Source: Raillietiella orientalis (Eukaryota). Taken from it: a stretch of DNA of 64,000 nucleotides. Below, piece by piece: positions 12,841 to 24,299 of the stretch. The stretch lies in the NCBI GenBank assembly GCA_036172245.1, contig JAYWIR010000001.1:1426001-1490000 (forward strand), read 5' to 3'. The first letter of the stretch is position 1, and every line of letters starts with the position of its first letter. The position numbers and the translations under genes were made by a program. The notes under the pieces were generated by a model. The model did no database searches, was not told where the DNA came from, and saw only the letters and a list, made by a program, of their open reading frames with translations.

Positions 12841-13554
12841 AGAACACGGTGCTGAGGAAGCAAGGGGATAGGGGACGACAGAAGCCCCAGGTGGACAGCA
12901 GAGGAAATCTGGAAGAATAGGAAGAGCTCCCCTCCTGAAACACATTGTTAAATTGTAAATTTAAACAATAAGATTCCTTGCCTGGGATCAAAGGTTCCCT
13001 GAATGCGCCCATAGCGAAGGGACGCCACAGTTCTTGAGTGGAAGAGTCCTCTTCCACTTCGCCGGTGGAAGTCCCTCCGAGTTCCCACGGAAGGCGGGAC
13101 CCTTCGCCGCCTGCTCATGCGCGATCGAAGGTAACTCCCGTGCCAGCCGATGGACAGGGTTCCTCGCTGTTTCCGGACGAGCGACCACCGTATTGATGCC
13201 GGCGGAGGTAGGACCGGGAAAGCAGGGGGAAGGGGGGAGAGGAGGATGCATGCCTAACTTCGTCTCGATCCGAGGCTGGCATCGATCTGGAGCGAGAAGT
13301 GGCCGCGCGGTTGCTGCCACACGTCGGGAACAGGTCCAGCTACCGCACGCGGGCAGCAAACGCGCTGGCGAGCGATCATGCGGCTTCAGGAAGGAACCAG
13401 TGTGTACATCCAGAAGAACAAGCAAACATGATCACGCTCTCGGGAGAATAGGCAATAAAATACGATCGTGCATTGAGGAAAACGCACAAAAAAGAATGGG
13501 ATAAATACACGCAAAAAAAAAAAAAAAAGGAAATTTTGTAGGGAAAGGAAAAAT

Positions 13555-13890
13555 TGCTGGAGCTGGTCTCCGCGCGTGGTACTTACCGTCGCGGGTTCGA
13601 ATATCTCCCGGGGAAAAGTCTACTCCGAGAACGGGGAGGATGTCATGAGTTTCGAGTCCTTCCTGCAAGATGACACTGGTTGTTCTCGGTTAGCTTCGGG
13701 AGCAGCGCTGGTGGGAAGCGGATGCTCCCGAATGGCTGGGATTGGAAGTCGACCCTCTGGGGTCCTCCTAGGAATCAAGGAGTCGGCTCCCTTCGGGGCT
13801 ACCCTCCGGTCGTGCAAATGGACTGTTGCCATGACGCTGGTTGGTTTTCCCCTCGTGGGGGTTCCCCTCCAGAGTGTGAGGAGCGCTGAA
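13555..13890 (+). mobile_element. tRNA-headed SINE-like element, 5' part
   Basis: B-box-like gggttcgaat at about 13593, followed by body homologous to 45960-46180. Confidence 0.75.
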
Positions 13891-14379
13891 GTAATGGAAG
13901 CTCTGTAAGAAGGATTGGAAGCTTCTATCAACCATGCAAGACAACGTGAAACAGATAAGCGGGATGGACGAGAAACCGTAAATTCCTGCTTGATTTATAG
14001 AACAAGGTAGACCTTGGTTTCCTTTGTACTTCACGCAGTATGGATGTTGCAATCCCCTTTACGAGCTGGGTCGCTCGTTTGAACACGTGTTGGGCCTTGG
14101 CTCCTGACGTAAGTCTCACTTGGAAGAAACCATCACTTCTGAAGGTCAGAGTCCAAATAGAAAAAGCTGAGCAACAGCGGGTTTCTAACCAGAATAGCTG
14201 AGATCTGGATGGCGCCTCGTCTAAAGTGGAGAGTGAATCATATTTCCGGTGGCTAGCCTCAGTACAATGTGCATGCCTTACAACCACCACGCAACCACTC
14301 AGTGACTGAAACAAGAAGGAACAGCAACTGTCTTCATTGCTTCAAGGTCGAAGCAGTTCGATCCTGAGAAGCAAAAGTC

Positions 14380-15955
14380 TGAGAAGAAGGTGGCATACGC
14401 CGACGACATCGTCATTTTAGCCAAGGACGCGCAAGAATCGGAAACCAAGGTAGCCCACTCTCAAGATTTAGTGGAGCGGACCGGCGTATCCACTGATCCG
14501 GCGAAGTGCGCGTCGTTGTATTACAGCGGGAAAACCCCGTAAGGACCCAGAGAAATCGATACAGAGGTGAGAGAAGAGTGTTGTTTTAGCAGTGGTGTAC
14601 GCATACTTGGGAAAACCCTTTGGGATTAAGGTATGCAACTCGTGTCCGTCGAAGGAGGAAATTTGCCAGGAGGCAAGTATCATCCTAGATAGTGGACTAT
14701 CGGGATGGCAGAAAAGGGATGCCATCAAGACCTTCTTCTTCCCCAGCCTAGTTCACTATGAGAGACTGGCAACCCACCGAAAGGAAGAGTAGCAATAAAT
14801 AGACGAAGAAGCCATCCAGGAGAGTCTCTTAACTCCCCCTTGCATCTCCCGTCCTGGGCAGCCAATGATTACTTGTACGGAGAAAGAAGCAAAGGCTGCC
14901 TGAGACTGATGAAGCTGGCCAATGAATCGGGCATGTTTACATCGATAGCTGCTTCAAGTTACTGACCTCTCCGAACAGCACGGTGAAAAGATTGGCTCAA
15001 GAGACACTAAACGAGGCGTATTAAACGAGGTGATCCAAAAGAGAATCCTCGAAATGACAACAGATGAGAACCTCGGGGAATCATGGCGAGTATTTCCTTC
15101 GGAGAATTCTCACAGCGTGGCAGGGACGTCGAGAGCCTTTGGTCAGAAGGAAAAAAGGCCTCCAGAAGGAAAAAATCCCAATGGAAATTTGCCGATGGAG
15201 AGCCCACCATAACGGTTGACGGCGTCGTCTTCGGCAACACCATGAAGAGGAAAGTTACCTCCGGCGTGAGAGCACTGCAAAGGGAATCTGTAGTCCAGAA
15301 ACCAAGGGAAAGTCATGCAGTGTGTGGGCATGCACCACGCCTCAAGCTTCTTCCTCACCAATGGTGAGCACCTGAGATTCCAGGACTACAGATTCATCCA
15401 CGCAGCCAGGCTAAACTTCTCACCAGTCTGGGCCGGGCCCAGGATGAAACCAGAGGAACGGGCATGTCGACACTACCGGACGGAAAACGAAACGTTGTCT
15501 CACATATTGAAAAGATGTAGGAGGCACTTTCATCTGTCCATTGCACGACATGACGCTTTCCAAGAGATGATCACTACGGACGCGGTGGATGAAGCAAAGT
15601 GTGTCCAATAACCAGATAGTGCCAGGAACGGATTCCCCCTTAAGAGAGGATATGGTGATGCAGAAAGGAAATCGGATAATACTGCTCGTCATCTGCTGAC
15701 CGTTCGAGGGTGGAAAAGAGGCGATCAGCACAGCTGGGAGAAACAAACAGGAAAAGTACAAGGAAGTAGCCCTCCAGCTAGGCAGAGGGGAAGCAATGCA
15801 GAGTGCATGCACTCATCGTTGGTTCTCTGGGAGCTTGATATCCAGCTAACGAAGAAGCGCTCCATGATCTTGGAATTCCTAAGAAGCACTCGAAGAAGAT
15901 GAGGCACCGGATACTGGTTTCATGCATTCGGTACTTCAGGGACACCTATTCAACC
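14380..15955 (+). mobile_element. Degenerate Utopia/NeSL-like retrotransposon ORF (RT C-half, zinc knuckle, RLE)
   Basis: VAYADDIVIL (YADD at 14396-14407), YLGKPFG, SGWQKRDAIKTFFFPSL, FQDYRFIHAARLN, CRHYRTENETLSHILKRC, RHD; many stops and frameshifts. Confidence 0.88.
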
Positions 15956-16200
15956 CGTGTCATCCCCTCCTACATACAGCTAGGCATGGCACCATAATCG
16001 GAAGACTGTCGGCAGCGGCGAAGGATGGAAGTTGGCGTCGGTCAGAGAGGCTGTGCCTGGGTTCGATGCCAATCCTAGATCTGGTGCTGCAGAAGGCGAA
16101 TCGTGTGTTTACCCTCGAAGTCTCCTGTTTCTCTGAAAACAAGGAAGAGGTACTCAGAATCCCCACAAGAGCGGAAAAAGAAAAGAACCGTCTAGAACGA
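15956..16200 (+). mobile_element. Second RLE-domain fragment in tandem
   Basis: RHGTIIGRL..PILDLVLQKANRVFTLEVSCFSEN resembles the RHN..PD..DV..PFEN motif series of RLE endonucleases. Confidence 0.7.
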
Positions 16201-17369
16201 ACATGGTTTGAGCTCAAGAAAAAAAGAGATACGGCAGCGCCATTCAGGTTAATTTTCTGTGTATTTGTAATGTGCTTCTCGGAATAAGACCTGCCTCTCA
16301 CTCTCGCGGTCCTATTTAATGCAGGCTGCCGTTGAGTTCATGGAAAAAACGGTCTCAGCCTCTTCATGCTGGCAAAGTATCTCTTCGCTAATGCCGATAG
16401 CAGTTCTTTCCAGCACACCGCTGTTGTGAAAGCTTCACAATGTCTCCATTCACGCGTGGCGTGGGAGGCTGGGGCATTCTTCGTACAAAAAGGAGCAGAA
16501 TTGCTTTACGCGTGCCCCCTTCGTTCCTGGATTGCCAAAACCTCATGTGTGCACCCATCCTTATCGATGCTTTCTGGATGGAAACTGCTCTTGCTCTTCG
16601 TCGTCGCTCCGTGATGGCAAGTCATGACTCTTACGTCTTCCGATCTTGAGAAGCGTACTTAACCTGCGGGATTGTCGCGCCCAGGAATTTCACCGAATGA
16701 TTGGACCAAACGCTCCTTGCAGGTTCACCACAGCAACTCTCCGCATGTCCTGGTGCGAGCGTTCGATGTTGCCACGCCTCCGCAGCGGGTCCAAGCAGAA
16801 GCTGATGAAGGCAGCCGAAGAAGAAACCGCGGACGCCCACCGAAAATGTTCGATTTGGGCCTGCGTTCCATACGAATGGGCTGTTATCCTTTTCATCCTC
16901 GAAGACCAATAAAATGAATCATTTCCGCCACCGCTCAAGGATGTACGAAACTCGCCGCGGACGTTGCATTCCCTCTGCTCCACGCCGTCCATCTCAGAAA
17001 GCAAACGGATAGCAAGTCGAGTGATGATGCCGCCTCTGCAAGCAGATTTGCCCATCAAAAGACATGTATGTCTTCCGAGAGGTAACAAATGGGGGGGGGA
17101 CGCCAATTTTCCAATAACCTTAATTGATAATGAGAACAGCACGGACCTCAAGAACATCGAAAAGCACGTCTTGCAATTAGCTGCCCTACAACTGAATGCA
17201 CTGGCCTGGTCGTGAATTTCTTCCTCCTGGAGGCTCGTGGAATGCAGTAGATGATTGCCTGCTGGAATGCAAATGAACGAACTGTCCGAATTGACAATGC
17301 AACTCTTCTTCCCTCCAGATTGAGAAACAAAAAAAGACCACGAGCTTTTCTAAGATTCTAAGACCTAAG

Positions 17370-17371
<2 letters not shown>

Positions 17372-17403
<32 letters not shown>
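17372..17403. repeat. (TA)n microsatellite
   Basis: Direct reading. Confidence 0.95.
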
Positions 17404-17406
<3 letters not shown>

Positions 17407-18164
17407 TATATCTCATCTGAAAAGGGGAATAAACTCTCTGAAAAGACTACCTGGTCACTTCAGTCCTGAGTTACGAGCGTCTTCTTGCATTTTTGCAGTG
17501 GACAGCTGTTCACTGCCCTACGAATCTGGGAACAGAGCCAACCAGCTCTGTTCGCAGCTTTCCTCAGTCAACTACCTTGTCCATGCACTGTTTCTTTCGC
17601 AGATGCGATGCGCACGATGCCCCAGCAAGCTGCGATTAGCAAGACAGTTCACAGAAACACTCCAAAGTTGTGAAAATGATGACTCGATCTCTTAGGAATT
17701 CTTTTAAGGGGTTGCTATAGGGGAGGAAAAAAATAAAAGGCTATTCTTCTCTGGTCATCTGTATTAAGATCTGTGTGTACCAGTTTGCCTGGTCATCCGG
17801 ACGAACTGATACACAGAGATCTCAAGAGATTTGCCAAACGCTACCAGTTCGACAAAGGTTGCATCGCACTCGTTCGTACGCCTCCCTCGTCGTCTTCACA
17901 ACTCTTCTTCACATTGAACTTCGACACGAAGGTTGTTGGAGGGTGCTTTGCTCTTACTCTTGAGAAAACTGCTCTCTTTAAACTCCACCTTGCTGGTCAG
18001 CTGCACGCTCTTTTGATTCGTGAATGCCTTCATCATCAGATCCTCAATGAGTACACCGTGTGATAAAAAAAAAATTTCCATTGAACCAGTTTCCCTCGAA
18101 ATTAGTTTGTGGTGTTCTAGTGGGGAACACTTGTGAAGACAAATTACTGAAAGCTCACTCACTT

Positions 18165-18300
18165 GCTCTGGAGCCTTCCTGGATTCATAGGTGGTCCCTC
18201 CGTGGTGGCTCCCTATCTTGAAGAGTTACACGCACCCTCGGGTGACGTGGACACTGTCAAAGAGCTTTGTTAGGTCCCCCTAAGAAGACAATGGCTCGGT
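18165..18300 (+). mobile_element. SINE-like body fragment
   Basis: gagccttcctggattcatag..tatcttgaagagttacacgcaccctcggg matches 46790-46870. Confidence 0.75.
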
Positions 18301-20599
18301 TTCTCTGTTCCTAGTCTAGTAAAAAAAAAAAAAGAAAACCAGGAGTTCCTGGCGGGAGGAGGCACCGAAGTCCTAGATGGCCACTTTGGAAAAGCATACC
18401 CACAGGGACTGCCTACGCTACGGAAACTACCACGTAGACCGCTGGGAGATTTCCTGCAGGACTAAACGCCGTCACATCCCTTGCCGCAGTACTGTCTGCC
18501 CTCAGGGCAACCAATGACAGCAGTCAACTAGCGGGGTGAGAAATGTCCTGCAACATTGCAGGAGTCGAGAGACTCCTCGGCTGCTGCAAGACGTCAAATG
18601 CTCCAACGATCACACAAATCTCAAGCTCGTTATTCACCACCAACACAAACTCTCGAGAACACGGAGGAGGGTGACCTCGAATACGCAACTTGCTGGTCAT
18701 GTTCTATCGCTGGAAAATAATTTCTTGAAACCACGGAACGCTCTAATAGGCGTGCAGGGTTAGCAACAGCAACGATCACAGCCAACACACGCATTACACC
18801 AATCCATCCACCTTCTAACGTGCAGGATTTGTTGGCATCATCATCATGACCATTCGGTCTTCAGGTCCACTGGCGATTCCGCCTCCCACGCATCCCTGAC
18901 ATCCACAGCCGAGACCGGCCTGACTGATCCAACCTCGGTGGTCCTCGCGCTACGGCTTGGACCATCCACGGAGCAGTGAACGGGCACGTCACTGCAAGTC
19001 AAGCAGCCCGTGAAGAGAAGGAAGAGGAAGAACACAACATGGACGTCGGAACACGCAAAGTGCATCCCAACCGAGTCGTACCCGGAGCTGCCTTCGTCCC
19101 GCGTCTGCAAACGGGGTCGCATTTCAGCACAGGAATGCCCCCTGTCAACCAGACCGGCATCCCGCGATCGAGATGTCTGCCACTGCCACGTGTGGAATGA
19201 CCGACAAGCAACCACTGGAAGCAGCAGCGTACACACCTTGCAGTGCAACGGACAAGCGCGTATGGGCGGAGGCGATACGTACGCGTCCATGCTGCGTGCA
19301 AACAGCGGAGTTGCAACGAAGAAACACCCTGGATTGACGGCAGGATGGAAGGAACACCGTAATGCATCAGGCTGCTGCAATTTTTCGCCGAGACCCAACT
19401 CCAATGCCAGCCTCGCGACAAAAGCGACCGTTTCGTGTCAACGCACCTCCGTGAGTGTGCATTCGGACACCAACAAACAGGAGGGAGGGTGGGACGCATA
19501 TGCGCACCTGCAGGATGCGTGAGCCGAGAGAGATTGCTGTTTGCAAAGGAAGGGATGGCCACGCGTGGGCTGTAATGCATTCGGTTGAAGTACCAGCGTA
19601 GACAGAGTCGTACACATATGCATGCCGCCCTCGCGTTTGTTCACACAAGTTGTGCAAGAACAACAAGAGTGCGTGGAGCGAGCCTGCGACCTGCGAGATC
19701 ACTCATATTCAACGTGCGCATGATGCGAACGTACGCGTGTCGGCTGAAGCGATCCACCATTCCATCCCGGTGCTCGAGTGGATGAGCGCCAATGACCTCC
19801 ATCCTTCGGCGCAACCTCCCGTCGTCCATCCTTGTAACAACAGGAACATCCGCCCGAAATCCCTCTGCGAAAGGAACCGGGAACTGACCCGAGGACGCGT
19901 GCCGAAACGCGGACAAGAATGCGTGACGGTTTCAATGCACGCACGGCGGGTGGCGCGCCACCAGCCCTCGGGGCATTTTCCGCAGCAGACCTCAGCGATG
20001 TTCAGCCAGCGTTTCCCTCTCTTCGCGCGCCCGCCGTCGTCGCGTTGCACCCCGAGAACAAGCAATTCCTGCACTCCCCGATTTCCACCCCTTTTTTCCT
20101 TTTCAGCTCGGCGTGCGATTTGTCACCAGCCGGTCAGTGCGCGGCGTTTATCCAGGAAGAAGGAACGAGTCGGGAGAGGGCCGCTCCCGGAACGAAAAGG
20201 GGGAGATTCGAGGGGAGGGTCCGCCGACACGCAAGTCGGTCACTCGGAAAGGCCGGAACGAACGAGAGGGGACAACAAATCAATAAACAAAGGGGAGAAG
20301 GTGAGGACAGGAGGGTTTCGGCCGTTCCTTCTGCCAGTAGAAGCGGCGCCTGATGACACCGACCTCCGCGCCGATTTGCTGTCTCGGGCGAGGCCTGGAA
20401 GAAGCAAGGGAGGCGGCCTCCGTTCGCGGTGCCTGCGACCCCACGGCAGTGCGGGTCGGGCGCGGACGCGACAACTCGTGTGCGCGGACCGAGGGTCCGC
20501 AGCGCGCGAAGAATCGCCGCCGCAGCCGGGCCAAGGCGATGTCCTTCGTGTTGAACAGCCCTGACGGCAGCGCCCGTCGCAGTTCGTGGTGGGCAGCGC

Positions 20600-21300
20600 A
20601 CCCTTCAGCATTTCGGATGCCGCAACTGACCCTGGAAGCGGGTCCCCACTCCGCCTGCAGTGGGCACCCCAGAGCAGAAACAGCAACGTGCTCGTTTTCG
20701 AGCGTAGGGGGAGCACCGCAGCGCGCACGCGTGTGGGGAGGTACCGCAAGTGCTTAAGGGGCAGCGCCAAGGAGATCGCTTCCACCGACGTGGTTCCTTC
20801 TTCCGGGAGCGAGCCGTCGCGTCGACCCCGCCGAGGGATTTGGCTGCTCCTACGATGGTGCGGGCAAATTGCTACACTTTCCCACTGGCAAGGGTCGCCA
20901 AGGAGTGTGGCGGCCAGGTGGGACCACTCCGTCCTGTCCTGCAGTGCACCCTCCAGCGGAGGGCTCCGGAGACGCCGCAGGGGCGAAGTACTGGTGGCCG
21001 CCTTACTAAGGCGGAAAGCGAAGGGTGAACTTCCGGGAAGGAGGGGCGAGTCGCCTCCGGGAGAAGCCAGGCCCGCGCACCTTGTAGCGATAAGAGCGCT
21101 TCGCTGCCGGCGGAAGGACGTGGCAAGCACTCCGAGGTCGACAATTTGGAGTCCACGGAGCACCAGTTGCCGGGGCTGCACGTGGGACCCGGTCGTTTCT
21201 CAGCGTCGGGACGCCCAGGCCGGCATCCTGACGCGGCTCCTCCGAGTTTTTGCGGCGGTTGAGGGACCTCGAAGGTGTCCACAGGGATTTCCTCAATCTG
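20600..21300 (-). mobile_element. LINE RT-thumb/C-terminal remnant (diverged subfamily)
   Basis: KSLW..EPRQDAGLGVPTL resembles the LW..PR..GGLG.P motif; the rest is decayed. Confidence 0.4.
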
Positions 21301-21639
21301 TTCACTGAATTCTTGATTTTAACTCTTAGTACGAAGCCTATTTCTGAATATCGCTCATTTCAATTTTTTTTTTTTTTTCTGTCTTTCATCTGAGTTTTCA
21401 CTTACGATCAAAGCAAAAAAGTTTTCCACGTGTGTTTCTAAGTTTTCTTTTTCATTTGCTAATCTTTTTTGCATAGAAGATTTTCATGGAACAAATTGGT
21501 TGCCTTTATTTCCTCAACGGACGTTGCGCCGGGAGCTTTACCAAGTAGAGGAGCGGACAAACAAAAAACAAGGGATGGCCATTGCCCTAGATGGTGGTAA
21601 CTAAGGGCAGCAAAGATGTTCCGGATGATGTCAACGGAG

Positions 21640-22070
21640 GGCAACAAAAGTTTTGCACGGAGGCAAAGAAGGTGTTCCAGATGGTGGACTGCTCCGGCAA
21701 GACGGTGTTGCCATCGAGGAACGGGCCGAGAGCCGTCTCGTCCTTTTGAAGGCAGCCGGACCATGCTCCTGCAACGCCGAAGTCACCCGACATAACGCCA
21801 GGGCACTTGAAGTACCTTTCCCTGAGGATCTTCAGGAGGATTCATTCGGATTGTCTCACCCACGACACTCCGACTCGGACGACCATGGACTTCTTCCTGT
21901 TGACGTGCATGCCCGCTTCCCAGAGGTAGGAGCTCGAAGAGTCTCGAACCTTGCCGCCTGGGTGGACACGGGCAGTAGGAAAAGCAGGTCATCGTTATAG
22001 GCGGCCACGGCCTCCGTGCCTGGGCAGGAGATCGGCAGGGTGGCCAGCGTCAGCCTGCACGCCTATTTGA
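21640..22070 (-). mobile_element. L1/Tx1-like RT fragment
   Basis: AYNDDLL (YxDD) at about 21984-22003; CLQKDETALGPFLDG..IWNTF matches CLQKLETAIGPFQDG..VWNTF. Confidence 0.82.
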
Positions 22071-22279
22071 TATAGTGGCTGTTGCTATGACTACTCTATT
22101 CTGGAGGCTCACAGATGAATCACATATGGAAAGGGTTCCTGCATCCTCATATCCACTTGATTTCGTTCAAACTGCAGCATTCCCCTTAGGTTATACGCCA
22201 GCCAAACTGTGAGCAGCTGTCCTATCTTTCGCCTTAGAAGATCAATTAGAAAGCAATGATGGTTAGCTCGAAAAGCAAG

Positions 22280-23750
22280 GAGGAAGAAGCCACGTCACGG
22301 AAACTACGTGCTTCTTCCTCGTGTTTCCATCCTGGTTCTGCTGCAGCTCCCAGCGCCCATCTTCTCCTTCCGGACGAGTCTTCCCAGATGTCCACGGCAG
22401 CTTCTCGCCCTCGCACTTATCGCAACGGTTGTGATGGAGACAGCAGTCTCTATTCGCACTATGGGACTGCAGCCTTTCAAGCAATCTCTCCGGGACCTCC
22501 ATCTCATTGTCGGTCAGCAGGTCCGTCGCTTCCTTCAGTGCTGTCCAGCATTGGCGCAGACTTGGGCAGGTGATCGCGTGGAGCTCGATTTCCCTGTCCC
22601 CACGCGCCTGGAAGGACCCATCTTGAACGTTCCTCGATCCACTCTGGATTCCTCGGTAGTCGAAACATGAGGAAGTCGTTGCTCCGTACCGTCGTTCCAG
22701 CTGCGGTGGTCGCCTCGGGCGGAGAACTCTTGGCAGCCCCGAGTGGTCAGTGTGGGTCGCTCTGGCACCGCTCAATAGCCACGCCTCCCGTGGAACGGAG
22801 AGGAAGCCGGGAATCACCCAAGGCAGCTCTTGTTCCCATATTTCTTTGCTGCGAGTCACGATTCCGAGTCCTCCCCAGTGCCTGCTCCCTCTTCCGCTAG
22901 GGCTCGTCCACTCTCTTGATCTGCCCATTGGCGCTAGCGTCGGTCCCGCTCGAGTGGTTCAGCAGCTTTGGGTGGGCTCTGCGGGTGGTCACTCGTCTTG
23001 TCTTCGGCGGGCTTCAGGAGAGGGCCTCACGTCCATGGTTTCCGCGGGTTGCTATGACGACGTTGTCCCGCACGAGGGTTCTCGTCCCCTACGTGACCGT
23101 TGGCGCCGCAGAGCGGTTTGGGGGGTGGCGATCTAACCCGGTGAGGGCTGGTCGTTAGGGAGGCGCCCTCTTCCCGGCCGGCAAGAGGGCGCGTATCTTT
23201 GGGCCGGACCCCCGACGCTGGTTGCCTCCCTGCGAGACGGTGGGCTGCTCCAGAGGCGGGTCTTCAGGGAGGTGAGCGCTCGGACCGCAGCAGACACCTT
23301 GCACCTCGGAAAGTCCGGGGTCACTTTGAAGGGGGTGGCCCCTTCCGAGGCCCGCTGAGGGCAGAAAGACGAAGTACTGAGCGCAGTATCGCGCTCGGTA
23401 CTGCCGAGCGCGGGCCTCTCGGCGAGGCAGGAACCCCACCGCGGGCGTCACTCTTTCGTCTTTCAGAGCGGCGGCGGCGGCGCCACGCGCGGCCACTGCT
23501 GACCCCCCGCCCATGGTCCGGGATGCTGCTGCCGATCAGCTGCTGACCCTCCTCTTCCACCTTGCCAAAGAGCCTGCGGCTACTGCCGAGATTGGTATTT
23601 CCTGGGAGGAGTGGTTTCCATGGCAGCGCGAGTGATTCCGACGACCGGTCATGGAAGTACTCCGAGGATCTCTTCCCGGAGGACCGTCTCTCTGTCAGGG
23701 ACATCTGGGTGCTCCCCGATCGCAGATCCGCCTCCTCCTCCTTCTGGGTC
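22280..23750 (-). mobile_element. L1/Tx1-like ORF1 + APE/tether remnant
   Basis: LFGKV..GVSSG (ORF1 RRM-like); frameshifted PRCKV-CGPSAHLPED knuckle; GGLGIV, TDH, RGTFKM and CWTALK in the order expected for an L1-type ORF2 start. Confidence 0.5.
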
Positions 23751-24299
23751 GACGCGACCGGGATGGGGCGGAGGCTATCCGGGGGTGGAGGAGCTTCCAG
23801 ACTGCGTTGGTCGGCGGGACCCGTTACGGAGCCTCCTCCACCCCGCTCTCTTTCCTTGCAGGATTCGCCATGTGGGACCGTCCGGGAGCTGCCGGCGCTT
23901 AGCCAATCGGAATCGCCCCCCGTCGGCTCCTGCGAAGACGCGCGAGCTGGTCGTCTCTCCCCAGGCCACAGCCAATCCGAGGTCGGCGGCGGAGCAGGGG
24001 GGAGGAGGGAGGGGTTCGGGGGTCAAGGAGGGAGGGAAAGTGTCCAGTGGTCCGTGGAAGCGGCGAGGAAGGCAGAGAGGACGCGAGCGCACGCATCGGG
24101 GATCCTGTGGAACGATGCACGCCCGAGGGTGGCAATCGATCACCCCAGCCGCCTCCGCTACCGTAACCATGGGAGTGAGCAATGGTCCGGAGGCACCGGA
24201 GCTTAAAGGGACCCTCCAGATCCCACTGCCCCTCACCCTTCCTTCCCTAAATCTGCCGATCTTCCTCCCGCCTGCACGACGGGAACGCGGCACGCTCAG

